A stretch of DNA of 64,000 bases from Octopus vulgaris (Eukaryota), in NCBI GenBank assembly GCA_951406725.2, contig OX597827.1, positions 20,770,001 through 20,834,000 of the forward strand, read 5' to 3'. The position numbers and the translations under genes were made by a program. The notes beneath the pieces were generated by a model. It worked only from the letters and a program-made list of their open reading frames with translations, ran no database searches and had not been told where the DNA came from. Below are positions 37,181-50,215 of this stretch, one piece after another (within the stretch, counting starts at the first letter, position 1; each line of letters begins with the position of its first letter).

Positions 37181-38401
37181 TACAAGACTGGAAGTCCATG
37201 GCAACTCCTATATGTTGATGATTCTAGCCTCATAGCAGAATCTGTAACAGAATTAGAAAAGAAATTCCAAGTGTGGAAGCAGAACCAGGAATCTAAGGGT
37301 CTTAGAGTAAACTTGGCCACAACCAAAATCCTAGTAAGCAAGAAATCAGACAGCACCTGTCAGCCTTCTAGTAAATGGCCCTGCTCAATATGTAGGAAGG
37401 GTGGAGGCAGAAATTCCATTCAGTAATTCCCAGTGCAAGCTATGGCCATACAAGCGGTGCAGTGGAATAGTAAGAAGGTTAACGAAGAAAGTATTGTTTG
37501 TATGTGGAAAGTGTATGGGAGCCATAAAGACCACAGGTACACGGGAAACTGATTTGCTCAAATATCCCAGTATCTCTCTGGAAGTTGTAGATAATTTTTG
37601 CTACCGAGGTGACCTAATTAGCAGTGGAGGAGGTTGTGCAGTCAGTGTAGTTACTAGAATAAGAATAGGATGGAGAAAGTTCGAGCTTTTACCTCAGTTG
37701 GCAACCAAAGGTCTCTCTCTCTCTGTGTGAAGGGAAAATTTTAAGATGCATGTGTACACACTGCAATGCTACATGGTCCCTGAATGCAGAGAACATACAA
37801 AGACTGGAGAGGAATGAAGCCGGTATACTCCACTGGATGTGTGATGTCAGTGTGCATGAGTGAAAAGAGCATTGATGTATCGAGGGAAAAGTAGGGTATA
37901 AGAGGAATTATATGCAGGGTGCAAGAGAGGAGACTGGTTTGACCAGGTGATGTGAATGGATGAAGACAGTTGCATAAAGAAGTGCCAATCACTCAAAGTG
38001 GAGAGAAGTTGCGGAAGAGGGAGACCCAGGAAGGTCTGGAATGAAGTACTGAAGGTTGATCTCAAAATGTTGAACCTTATGAAGGAGATGACAAAGGACC
38101 GAGATATGTGGTGCATTGTTGTACTCCAGAAGACCCGCCCCACCAAAACAGAATTGCAATCCTAAAACCAAGGGGCCACCTAAAAAGCACTGGCAATGGT
38201 GCCACATAAAAAGCACCCCGTATACTTTGTGGAGTGGGAGTGATCAACATTAAGGAAGGGCATCCGGCCATAGAAACCAAGCGCCCAATCAGACTATGGA
38301 ACCTGATGTGGCCCTTGGCCTTACCAGTTCCTCTCAAACCAACCAACCCAAGCCAGCCATGGAAAACAGATGTTAAATGATGATGATGATGATGATGATG
38401 A
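37181..38401 (+). pseudogene. 5'-truncated RTE LINE: RT (YVDD), Cys/His insert, C-terminus, 3' UTR, (GAT)n
   Basis: PWQLLYVDD..KGLRVNLATTKILV..WPCSICRKG..QCKLWPYKRCSG..FVCGKC..VVDNFCYRGD..RIRIGWRKF, then GRGRPRKVWNEVLKVDL. Frameshifts and stops. Confidence 0.92.
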
Positions 38402-38408
38402 AGACTTA

Positions 38409-38575
38409 TAGGCAGAGGCATGGCTGTGTGGCAAGAAGTTTACTTCCCAACTGCATGGTTCTGGGTTCAGTCCCATTGAGAAGCCCCTTGGGCAAGAGTT
38501 CTCTGCTATAGCCTTGGACTGACAAAGCCTTGTGATTAGATTTGGTGGATGGACAATGAAAGGAGCCTGTTGTGT
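38409..38575 (+). mobile_element. SINE family A head
   Basis: TGGCTGTGTGG box A, GGTTCAGTCCC box B and CCTTGGGCAAG. Confidence 0.8.
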
Positions 38576-39039
38576 GCATGTGTGTGAGTGGGTGTGATTG
38601 TTAATGTGTTGTAAGCTTCAAGGGCAGAGCAAGTGACAGTAAAGAAATTGTTTACAATTTTTCACAGCCTTTTTTTTTACAATGTTTTTAATTAAAAAAA
38701 ACAAAAAACTGTGGTCTCTCCAATAACACCAATCTACCATATCCTGTGTTGGACCGGGCAATCCAACAAACACATTACACTGCCTCATATCATCTCTGTT
38801 CAACTAAAAACCACAAAAGTACATTATTCTTTTAGATTTCTTCAATGAAGAAGCTAATCTTCAAATGCCCCATCCCTTTAAGTTATGTCTAACCAAAAGG
38901 TCAACAGGTGTTTCAATACAAACTCATCTTCGACAAATTCAATTCTATCAGTGAAAAGAGACAATTCCCAAATGCTGCAGGATTCTAAGGGAAGCATAAA
39001 TTTTCAAAGAATTTTTTTAATAATCCTTTACTCCATTAT

Positions 39040-39256
39040 CATTGAAGATATTCTTACTATCAGAAGAGGGACCCTAGATGATGAGGGAGCCTCTATGAAG
39101 TTATGTGAACTGCTAGATATAGCAGTCAAATCTCACATTTCACCCTACCATTGAAGATATTCTTACTATCAGAAGGATCCTAGATGATGAGGGAGCCTCT
39201 ATGAAGTTATGTGAACAGCTAGATATAGCAGTCAAATCTCACATTTCACCCTACCA
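39040..39256. repeat. Recent tandem duplication of about 109 bp
   Basis: 39040-39148 is repeated at 39149-39256 with few differences. Confidence 0.92.
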
Positions 39257-41009
39257 ACTTAAAAAAGGGTATACATATTGAATAAGGTAGTTCTAGAGAC
39301 ACTGTGTGAAAAAAGACAAGGTGATCATGGGTGGAATGTTATTGATTAAAGTTGATCCATGGTTAATATTTTCTATAAGTAGCAAAGAAAAGCTAAGAGA
39401 GCCGGAGTTCTTTTAATTATTGCAAACTTGCCATTGTTTTTGTTGCCAGTGGGAAGCAGGATCTTGTCATTAGTCTGGCCCAAACCTGAGACCTTAAAAC
39501 CCTCATAGAAAAGACTTACAAGTGTTCAGGGTGATGCTGACTAAAGATGATTTGAAAGTAGTTATACCAAAGAATAAGATGATGGAGCCATGTCAAAACC
39601 TACACAACTGGGGTGAGGATGAGGGGCAGTTTGCAGTCATACTCTGGGGGGGGGGGAAGGAACAACAATTTTTTAAATACTAAACCTTAGGAAATAAAAC
39701 AATTTTGTGAAGGTATTAATTCATTACTGAAACCATTTAAATTGGGAGTTGAAACGGAGTCTTTAAGTGAATTCTTTCCCAAAACTTTAATAACTCACTC
39801 TAGCAAGGGTATATAATAACTTAAGAAGACAGGTATGAAAAGAATCAAGCCATACATTCAGGTGAAATAATTATCTGTTAGGATGTGTTGTGTGACAAAG
39901 GTCGATGAGTAAGTAAGGAAAATAGTGGAAGATTCTGGAAGATTTCAACATAATTATTTAGATTAGACATTACGAAAGAAAGATCCAAAATGGAAACAAT
40001 AAGTCAATAAAACACTTGAGAAGATTAAGATTCTTTGAGAGAGATAAGAGAGCAAGAGAAATGTCTTTGAGACAACCCAGTAAGATTAGACAGGATGTAA
40101 ATCTGCAAAGAAGACAAAAATAGTTTATCTAGTGAAATCTAAAAGGACAAACAGACAGATTGTGTGATGCCGACTAGCTTAAGTAATGTTAGAAGCATAC
40201 ACACTTGGATAACTGAATAGGTTACTATATATAGTCATTGAAAGATTTATATACACACATTCACATGGAGACCAATAAATGATAACACAGAATTGAAGGT
40301 AATGAAGCTACCATACTTTGAAAAAGGTCTATAGAAATTAATCAGATATAGTAATTAAAGAAAATAATAACTCTTTGTAAATAGAAGGAACTGACAGATA
40401 AAATCCTGTGGGGGCACAAATTGAAACTCATCATCATCATCTACTTTTAAATGCCTGCATGAGTTAGATTTTGTGGAGGTAGATTTTCTATGGCCAGATG
40501 CCCTTCATGTTGCCAGTTCTCACCTGTTCCCAAGCAAGGTAATATTTCCCCATGGCCTAATACAATTTTATGGAAGATTGGAAATAAAAGACCCTGCTTG
40601 TATGATGATGATGATGACGACGACGATGATGATGCTTGTTTTACAATCTTTTTTTTATCAAGAGCAGAAGGAAATTTTATAAAGAACATAGAATAACATA
40701 TCTGAATGCAAGGAGGCCAATTATAATCATTATAAAACTAAGCAATTAAATAAGAACAAAACAGTTTCTATGTTAGCTGTCAGTTTATAAACTGACAACA
40801 GGGAACATAATGACAACAAAGATATAGAAGATGACACACACACAGAAAAATGTTTTACATGGTGCTGCAGGTGAGAAAAATTAAGATTTCTTACAGAATC
40901 TTAAAGTTCTAAATTCCTAAGGAAACCAAGTTTACAGAAAGTTGATGTCACTTTTACAAGACTTGAACCAGGAACTGAGAATTCTTGATCTAAAAAATAT
41001 TTCTAACTA

Positions 41010-41470
41010 AGATTGTGTGGAAGAGCGAAGACTGCATTGGTTTGGTGATGTGATGCTAATTGATGAGGACAATTGCATAAAACAGTGCCAACCACTTAAA
41101 ATGGAAGAGGGAGATTCTGGAAGACATGAGGTGAAGTACTGAAGGCCAATCTCAAAATGCTGAGCCTTACAAAGATGACCGGACCGAAATACATGGTGCA
41201 TTGCTGTATCAAGAAGAGGCACCCACCACAATAAAATTGATCTCCTAAAATCAAGGTGCCACGTAAAAAGTACTAATGATGGGTTCACATAAAAAACACT
41301 GGTTACGTAAAAAGCACCCAGTACACTCTATAAAGTGGTTGGTGTTAGGAAAGACATTCAGCTGTAGAAACCCTGCCAGAACAGATAATGGAACCTGGTG
41401 TGGCTCCAGTTCCTATCAAATAGTCCAACCCATGCCAGCATGGAAAATGGACATTAAATGATGATGATGA
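41010..41470 (+). mobile_element. RTE 3' coding end plus tail, older copy
   Basis: VEERRLHWFGDVMLIDEDNCIKQC followed by the tail and (GAT)n. Confidence 0.82.
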
Positions 41471-43230
41471 TTGTTGAGGGAGATGAACATTGTCAATTCC
41501 GCCCTCTCCCCCAAGTACTTCCTGTCTGGTACAGAGAGACACAGGCATAGTTGTGTGTTTCAGAAGTCCAGTTTGCAGCCACAGCATTTCAGTTTCAATC
41601 ACACCGCCTGGTACCTTGAACAAGTGTCTTCCACTATAGCTCCAAGTCAACTAAAAACTTAGTAGAATTTGGTACACTGCAGCTCCTTGTGTCTGCCTGT
41701 CTTTCAAAAGAGAGAAACAAAGGAAATTCATTTGTAATGAGTAGCAATAGAATGAATTTTTCAATTAAAGAAAATTTTTTTTACTGTCAGCCATAGTTCT
41801 AAATGAGTCTTGTTAAAATGAAATTCGTTATAAGAAATATTCCAATAGAATGAAATGTAATGGAACCCTCGATAGCCACAATTTCTTGCAACAGTGAAAA
41901 AAAAAAATAAATGAATATATTTTTGAGCCAACAGTCCTGTGAAGTTCAGACACAGAGAAGATATAAAATATTGATTGGAGCACAGACAATGCGACAGTTA
42001 GAAGCCCAGTTGTCTAAACATTAACATGCAGTCGTGTCAGAGGAGTGCAGTAGTTTTTTGGGTTTTTTTTGTATTTTTATTTGTTAGTATTTTTTTATCA
42101 CTCGAAATAATAATTCTACAAAATTAAAACAAACCAGTCTGGTTCACTTTGAGCTAACAATATGCAAATTTCAAAATGGTCAGGAAGCAAAATATATTTC
42201 TGAATTTATCAAACATTCATAAGAATGAAAGCATTCCATCCACGACCAACCCAGCTTTTTGGTTTATTTTTCAAATTCTTCAAATGCGACCATTTTCTTT
42301 TATATATGGCTTCAGAGATTTTTTTTTCCTTCGTGATATGAAGCAATGTGTTCCATCTGTGACCAACCCTTTGTTGTGCCAATTGTTGATTGTTAAAAGG
42401 ACATTTTAGGTCCACTGATAGAGAACTTCCAAAACTCAGATAATGTCAGAGAGAGATGGACCACAAATGGCCCAAAAAATGTGTCTGCAGGTAATTCTTC
42501 ATATTAGCTTTATTTTGATTCATATCAATTGCTTATTTATTCATTTGTAATTTGAATTTGAAAAAGAGACAAGATCCCAGCTGGAATGCTTCCTCTCTTG
42601 TTAATACACACGCATGCACGCGCATACACACACACACACACCTGTTGTATGCAGAGTAACTGCTTCCAACTAAACCCATTCACACACTAATAATCCCTAA
42701 ACGCACAAAATAAAAGCATAAAAGCAAAATGTTGTTGGCATTGTCATGGTTTAACTCAGTGGTCAGTGTTAAAGGAACTGAGTGTAATAAAGTCCACATA
42801 ATTTGGTCATACTATGAACAAATGGACATTTGATGCAGTCAAGGATGGAAGTGAAGCAAGCATAAAAATCAATCAATACTGTATGGATTGGTGTTTTATG
42901 GGTCAGCTTGTTTGACCGGATATTCTGGATCATGTGACTGGTCAATTGGAAGGCAATTAGAAGAGCAGAGTTTTATATTGTACATCATTCTCTCTCTTAT
43001 ATACATGTGTGTGTGTGTGAGTGAGTGTCTTCATGTCATGTAATAGTTGTAAAGGAGTACTTCTGTCATGTAAGCAATCTGTCATGCACACATGTGTAGA
43101 CATTGTACTGTTTGCATTCAAAATGTTTCCTTGCTTGGAGACAGGTGAGAATTAGTGACAGGAAGAGCATCCAACCATAGAAAATCTGCCTTAATGAATT
43201 CCATCTGACCCATGTCAGAGTGTACCTTAA

Positions 43231-43436
43231 CCCATTTGTTACTGTATTTATTTTGAGATGCTCTGTGTTTCTTTCAATTACTTTAAATATAAAGAATTTT
43301 GTTAAAAAACTTAGTTATCATTCAGTTAGTCTTCAGAACATAAATTGTGACTAAGGTTTGGTGGAAGATTTTAATTCAAAACTTATGAAAACAAGACATT
43401 TGTACTCAAACGAGAGCCAGGTTGGTAACAAAAGGG
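43231..43436. mobile_element. piggyBac-type MITE
   Basis: TTAA|CCCATTTGTTAC ... GTAACAAAAGGG|TTAA. A related diverged copy probably lies at about 50740-51190. Confidence 0.8.
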
Positions 43437-43956
43437 TTAAAACAATGTTGTCGATGATGATGATGATGATAATGATATGCATGTGCCTTAGACATAGAGA
43501 TATTTGTACACAGTATAAACTAATGAGTTTTCTTTCTCTCTCTCATACATTATCCTTTTATGTCTACATTCCATGCTGGCATGGGTTAGACTGTTCGACA
43601 AAAAAACAATGGGCGAGAGGACAACTTGCTCCAAAGTCTGTTTTGGCAAAGTTTTTAAAGCCAGACATCTTTCTTGGCACCGACCAGTTTACAGATGTTA
43701 CTGGCTGCCCACTCTCATGGCATTGGTCACCAGAGAGGCTGTCTAAAGAATCGGCTCAGCTCTGAGTTATCTCTGCTCAATTAACCAACCACTTTACAGA
43801 GTGTGATGGGTGTTTTGGTGGGGGAGGGGGCAGCAGCACCTTCGATGATCTTCGTGATTGAAAATGAAATTGAGAGAGAATGGGAGGGGAGAGAGAGAGA
43901 GGAGGGGTTTAAGTGAGGTTAAAGTATGAATGGAAGGAACAGACATATATATATAA

Positions 43957-44176
43957 GGCGGTGAGCTGGCAGAATCGTTAGCACGCCGGCCAGTATGCCT
44001 ATCGGTATTTCGGCTGCTGTTACGTTCAAATTCTGCCGAGGTCGACTTTGCCTTTCATCCTTTCGGGGTCGATAAATTAAGTACCAGTTACACACTGGGG
44101 TCGATATAATCGACTTAATCCGTTTGTCTGTCCTTGTTTGTCCCCTCTGTGTTTATCCCCTTGTGGGTAGTAAAGA

Positions 44177-44180
<4 letters not shown>
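43957..44180 (+). mobile_element. Full-length SINE family B
   Basis: GGCGGTGAGCTGGCAGAATCGTTAG..GTTCAAATTC..GGTCGACTTTGCCTTTCATCCTTTCGGGGTCGATAAATTAAGTACCAG..TAAAGAAA. Confidence 0.9.
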
Positions 44181-44213
<33 letters not shown>

Positions 44214-44743
44214 GGAGAGAGAGAGAGAAAGAAAGTGTTTGTGTGTGTGTGTGAGTGCATGTTTACTATTACATCTAAGAAAAAGAGAATTCAATAAAGA
44301 TATTATCGTGGAAGGTTCACTCCTTCCAGGAGTATAAATATTTAAGTCAATCGGTTGAAGCGAGTTTCTCTCGCTTAGCCAGTCCACTAAGTAGAAAGAG
44401 TAGGCATAGGTCCATTTGTGTGTGTATGGTGGTGCTTTTATGTATGTTTGTTAGTGTGTTTGTGCATGTGTGTTGCTGTCACTGTATGTGTATGTTAATG
44501 TGTTTGTGCGATCTTGTGTATGTACATATGTTAGTATTTGTATAGTTGTGTTAATATGTATGTATGTTAATGTGACTGTGTGTGTGCATTTGTAAGTCCA
44601 TGTGTGAGTGTCTGTGTGTCTATATGTATGTGTTTGTGTGTCATGTCATTTTCAAAGATCTTTAGACCTTTGGAATTTTTTTTTACTTGCATAGATCTCA
44701 GTCTCTCTGAAACTCACTATTGTAAAACACACACACATGCACG

Positions 44744-44826
<83 letters not shown>

Positions 44827-46189
44827 CTCACTTATTTGCACATTTGACATTTCTTCTAACCTCGACATATGACCAGTTTCCGAAAAGGAAGGGCAGCAGT
44901 TTATTGAACAGTAAAAAATCCATTTAGTTTGATGAGTGAATGCATGTGAGTATGTATATTTGTTGTTAGTGTATGTTTAAATACTTACATACATACATAT
45001 GTGTATATATATTTATATATATAGTTGGGTACATAAACATGTGTATGTGTGTATGTCTGTTGTTAGAGTAGGTTTATATACATACATACATACACACACA
45101 CACATATATATATATAAGGTTGGGTACATATACATGTATGTGTGTGTGTGTGTGTGTAGGATGTTCACAGTCAAAAACTAAAAAGTAAATAACATAAAGC
45201 AAAGAATAAAATTGTACCAAGTCAATATATCTGAGTGTGAAGGAAAGGAAGATGTATCGATGTTTTGGACAGCTTGCTCTTTGTCAAGATAGATGGATGG
45301 AGCAGAAGGGAGAGAATATATGAAAACAAATGTACATGTGTTTATAGTAGTAGTAGCATAGTGAATAATGGTAGAATGGAAGTGAAAGAGGAGGGGAAGT
45401 GGTTTCCGATAGAGAAGAAGAATGTATTGGGTTGTAGGCTAATATTGGTCAGGTTTTGAACGAATAAAGGAAATGTGAGTGTGGAAAGAAGGATCAGTTC
45501 AGGAATGACATAAGAATGCAATGGTGATATTGAAACAACAAGGTTTTGGTAATTGATCCCGTGCTATACTGGAATCTGGGTCATACTGACATAATAGGGC
45601 GTATATCTAACAGGTAGGAAACCTCCCATCCAAATACGTAGATGTAAACAACGCATCGTGTGGGAGTGGAACAAGTGAATGGAAACATGATAGTGTGAAC
45701 TTTATCAGTGTGTGTGTGTGTGTAAAGAAGAGAAAAGTCAATTATTTTGACATCAAGGAGCAGCTTTTCTTAAGTGGGAAATTACTGTTAAGATGGAACA
45801 AAGATGCAGGAGTGTTGTGCCATTAAAAAAGACTAGAAACAATAAAAGGAAGAGTTGAAGAGGTAGAAAATGGGTTTAAATGGTCCTTTGAGATTTCATT
45901 GGATGTCCAACAAATGTTTCAGATTTTGGCTTGGTTTCTGAGGGTTTCTGATTTACACACAAATCCAGCAAATTTGAAGGTAGCAGCGTTAGTCAATACA
46001 ATCAATACCAGTACTTGACTGGTACTTTATTTTATCGAGAGGATGGAAAGCAAAGTTGACCCCAGCAGAATTTCAATACAGAATAAAAAGAGCCAGAAGA
46101 GGTTAGGGTTGCACAGGGATCATCGGACGCAACTTGTGAGAAAAGATTAAATGAGAGAAGGACATAAAGTAGCAATTAATCAAGTATGA

Positions 46190-46441
46190 CACTGGGCCCT
46201 TAACCCCTTTTTGTCTATGGACCCCTTTGATTCTTGTTTTACTCACAAGGACCTTCAAAGCCATTTGATATTTTTTTAAATCCTCTTATATTTCTATAGT
46301 TAAATATTATTATGGAATGTATTTAAAAATTGTTAAAATAACCAAATATTGCACCCAAACTTTAACAACAAAATCTTATATGGACCCCCAAGGGTCATAT
46401 GGACCCTTAAGAGACATGTGGACCCCAGTTGAAAACCATTG
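46190..46441. mobile_element. hAT-like MITE
   Basis: Right end GTTGAAAACCATTG with a degenerate left end CACTGGGCCCTTAAC, plus internal TGGACCCC sub-terminal repeats. Confidence 0.55.
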
Positions 46442-47108
46442 AATTAAAAAAAGATAGCAATGAAAGCTGAAAATACAAAATGCATAATTGACAGGAAAGG
46501 GAACAACAAAAGGGTCACAGAATGAGGGAGAGTGTGTAAACCAAGGAGTATTCCAGTCATGACCATCACATCATTTGGAAGTATCTACAACTATTGTATC
46601 CAATGTGTCCTTCTTTGTTTAAGATAAGGTTTCATACAAAGGAGATTTAGCTGCTACTTCAAGCAGGTTGAGTAACCACATAGACACTCCCTTACTTGTT
46701 TAGTATTTCTGCACATCTTGGAAATAAGTTCCAGTTTATCTGGGAATGTTACTTGGGATAGAATGGGAAAGAATCCAAGGGTGGAAATTCTCTCTATTTG
46801 ACACCCTGAAACAGGAGACAAGCACAAGCTTAGGTTTAGCAGACTTTCACAGAAGCCCTTTTTTATTGTCACTAACCCCTTTGATGTTTCAACAGCCTTA
46901 TCTCATCATAGCAATGGAAGCTGAGGGTGGGGAGCAAGATTTGGTAGTTCCTCTTTCTACCATATCGTCTCATCGTCAACACCACCCTAACAGGCTTGGG
47001 TGGATCGAAGAAATACAACCACACAAAAGTTAACATAGAAATATTCTCACAGAAAATATATTTCTACTCCTATACACACACACAGACAAAAAATATCATA
47101 AACACATA

Positions 47109-47498
47109 GGTGCAGGAGTGGCTGTGTGGTAAGTAGTTTGCTTACGAACCATATGGTTCCGGGTTCAGTCCCACTGTGTGGCACCTTGGGCAAGTGTCTT
47201 CTGCTATAGCCCCGGGTCGACCAATGCCTTGTGAGTGGATTTGGTAGACGGAAACTGAAAGAAGCCTGTCGTATATGTGAATATATGTGTGTGTGTATAT
47301 GTTTGTGTGTTTGTGTTTGTCTCCCTAGCTGATGTGTTTACGTCCCCATAACTTAGCAGTTCGGTAAAAGGAGCCCGATAGAATAAGTGCTAGGCTTACA
47401 AAGAATTAGTCCTGGGGTCGATTTGCTCAACTAAAGGAGGTGCTCCAGCATGGCTGCAGTCAAATGACTGAAACGAGTAAAAGAGTAAAGAGAGAGTA
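47109..47498 (+). mobile_element. Full-length SINE family A
   Basis: GGTGCAGGAGTGGCTGTGTGGTAAG (box A), GGTTCAGTCCC (box B), a CORE-like block and a (GAGTAAA)-like tail. Confidence 0.9.
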
Positions 47499-48675
47499 TA
47501 TGTGTTCATGTATGGAGCTACACAGACACACACAAATGGGGAAAACATGTTTATTCTGACGTGTACCTACATACACAGGAATACACATTTATTACCTTTA
47601 TACACAACATATACTTATGCACTGTATACACACACAAGCATGCACACATGAAAATATATATATATATATATATATATATTTATCTTTAGGTAGTTTCTTC
47701 CAACAAACCTTTGGCACTCAGTACAAATTCTAAATTAGCCACTGGCAGCGACACTCTGGAGCAGTAATTATAGCTTGGCATCATATCCTCTAAACTAAAA
47801 CAAATGCTCCCTAAAGGCTTGTTTGGAAAGGTCTTCACTTTGGCAACAAATCTTTCTGTTTCCCTTTAAAAAGGAAAAAAAAATGTATTTTGTATCCCCA
47901 TTTCACCCTTTCCCCACCTTAACATCAAATAAAATGGTTTGCATCTATTTTGGACAAAAATGGTTTAAGATTTAGTCAGTGTTTACCACTCCTTCTTTGA
48001 CGACTTCTTTAAACTTGACATCATGTAAATTCATGGAAGAAATACCATTTTACCATAAATTCGTTTCTAGAAAGTTTACACGGAGACATTAAATATTTAC
48101 TAATGACATACTTAATACAGCAGATTTGAATGCGATTATGTTAATCATTGTGGCACCCTCAGGGAACATCTCATATTCTCTCAGATGTCAGAAAGGAGGT
48201 GTTCTCTGAAGACTAAATCCAACAGTCATCATTAGCATATTCACATACAAATCAGCCCAAACATATTCAGAATGAATATGTATATCATTGCTTTGGTTCT
48301 CACAGGGATTTGATTATCACTGCCCATGATAATTAATCAGATTTTAGAAGCTTTCCATGTATTTATTTATTCATTTTTGCCAGTTCACTGGAGCCACCCC
48401 CCACTTCTCCCCCTACAGCTTCAGGTTTTCTAATACAGGTAAATTTTTAAAATAAATCTCAAAAGGGGATTAATTTGGGTTAAAAGTTAAAAGGTCAACT
48501 GAGATTAGGTATACCTTCTGTATTTCAGGGATCAATTTAATTAACTGCCAATCTGTACCAACATCCAGTAGGGTAGCATGTTAAAGCCAACCCCAAAATT
48601 CTGTCAACAGGTTAAGGGACACACTGGTTGGACTGCTTGGCTAACCAAGAAATATTATCAGTAACACCCTATGAC

Positions 48676-48741
<66 letters not shown>

Positions 48742-49184
48742 CTATTAGTCACTCACAATATCCATTCTGTAAACAACAACAAAAAAATCTATGCAAATCT
48801 CCTTCCTTTGAGTATTTTCTACCATTAAGTGGCTGAGAGTTAGTGAAGATAAGCCAGGATAACTCAGCACCATTTATCACAACCACTTCCCAGAGAAAAC
48901 TTAGAATCTTTGCTGTGACATAACTTTGCAAGGTTACAGTTTTAATCAACAACTCTTAATAGCTTTGAGCAAATAATTTCTGTCAAATTTTCCTGAATTT
49001 TAAAGAGAAATAAATAATTTTTACATGGAAACAATCACTACAATTATGGGGATGTACTTGCATAGCAAGTGACCTGATCTGAAATTGTGTGCTGAAACAA
49101 AAACAATTGCAGCATGGAAGGTGTTTACAAGCCATTTAAGAAACACACAAAAACCGTTAGATTCACTTCAACATTTAAATTTAA

Positions 49185-49235
49185 TTTGCCAGAATATTTT
49201 CATCACTTTCAGACCGGAACCTGTTCACTGACAAA
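49185..49235 (-). ncRNA. Variant type I hammerhead motif with G3-C8 core covariation (UUC site)
   Basis: TTTGTCA GTGAACA GGTTCCGGTCTGAAAGTGAT GAAA ATAT TC TGGCAAA. Stem I has 7 bp, stem III AATATT is palindromic and stem II is weak. Confidence 0.5.
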
Positions 49236-49849
49236 ATTCTGTGCTATATTTACAAAACCAAAGAGGAGACCTGTGATTAGTTGTTCAACCTGTCTAGAAA
49301 TAACAATCAAATCTCCCTCAAACCAGAATCTACAATCTTAAATGCTATGTTGCAATAAGAGATTGAATGGTCATGCTTGGAATGTCTCTTCGGTCAGAGC
49401 TCACCTGGGGTTAAACAATTCCACCACCAACACAAATACCACTAGTACATACACCCCTGCCATACAACCATGCATACTAGCACCAACACCTTAAATATGG
49501 TTAATAACCACCACCATCACTTGCCATTACCATTTGAGATGCTAGAAATAACTACCAAATCTCCCTTAAATCAAACCTATCAGCTTAATACAGAAGAATA
49601 TATTGGACAATATAATTGTTGATATATTTAGAAAAAAGGCATGATGGTCATGGCTGGAACACACTTTTGAATATAGATCTGCTTGATCAGTGTTACCCTA
49701 CATACTATAAATACTATCATCATCATCAGAAGCATTGCTACACTTCCCATCATCCCCACCACCATTGCTACAGCTAATCACAACACCCCTTTGTACAATA
49801 ACCCTCACCCAACAGCTGACAAAAGCACAAGTGCTTAGATGTCAGCATG

Positions 49850-50215
49850 GAGAGCAGATGTGAGACAGGCCCCACAGAGGAAATGACAAGGGACCGAGGC
49901 TTCTGGTGGTCAAGCTAAGTAAAATCATGGCCATCCCTACATACAGGAATGTCCTCCACTACATCACTCTCTCAGCTGAGAGATCCTAGTCTTGTGGGCT
50001 CATGAGTGCTGGTCCCACATAAAACTGCCCATGCCGGTGGCCAGCCCCCAGGACACTCTGTAAAGTGGTTGGCATTAGGGAGGGCACTCAGCTGTAGAAA
50101 CCATGCCAGAACAGACAAATGGAGCCCAAGCAGCTCTCCTGTTGACCAGCTCCTGTCAAACCATCCAACCCATGCCAACATTGGAAAGCAGATTTTAAAC
50201 AATGACAATGATGAT
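49850..50215 (+). mobile_element. RTE 3' end/tail, old
   Basis: CACAGAGGAAATGACAAGGGACCGAG then CTGTAAAGTGGTTGGCATTAGG..CCAACCCATGCCA. Confidence 0.7.

Noticed and set aside
42409-42462. GGTCCA-CTGATAGA..CAAAA..TGGACC hammerhead-like geometry
   Set aside because: Stem I pairs, but the core has an extra base, GAAA and UH are missing and stem II is unclear.
47109-47180. tRNA gene
   Set aside because: A and B boxes are present but run into a SINE body that is repeated many times, so this is a SINE head.
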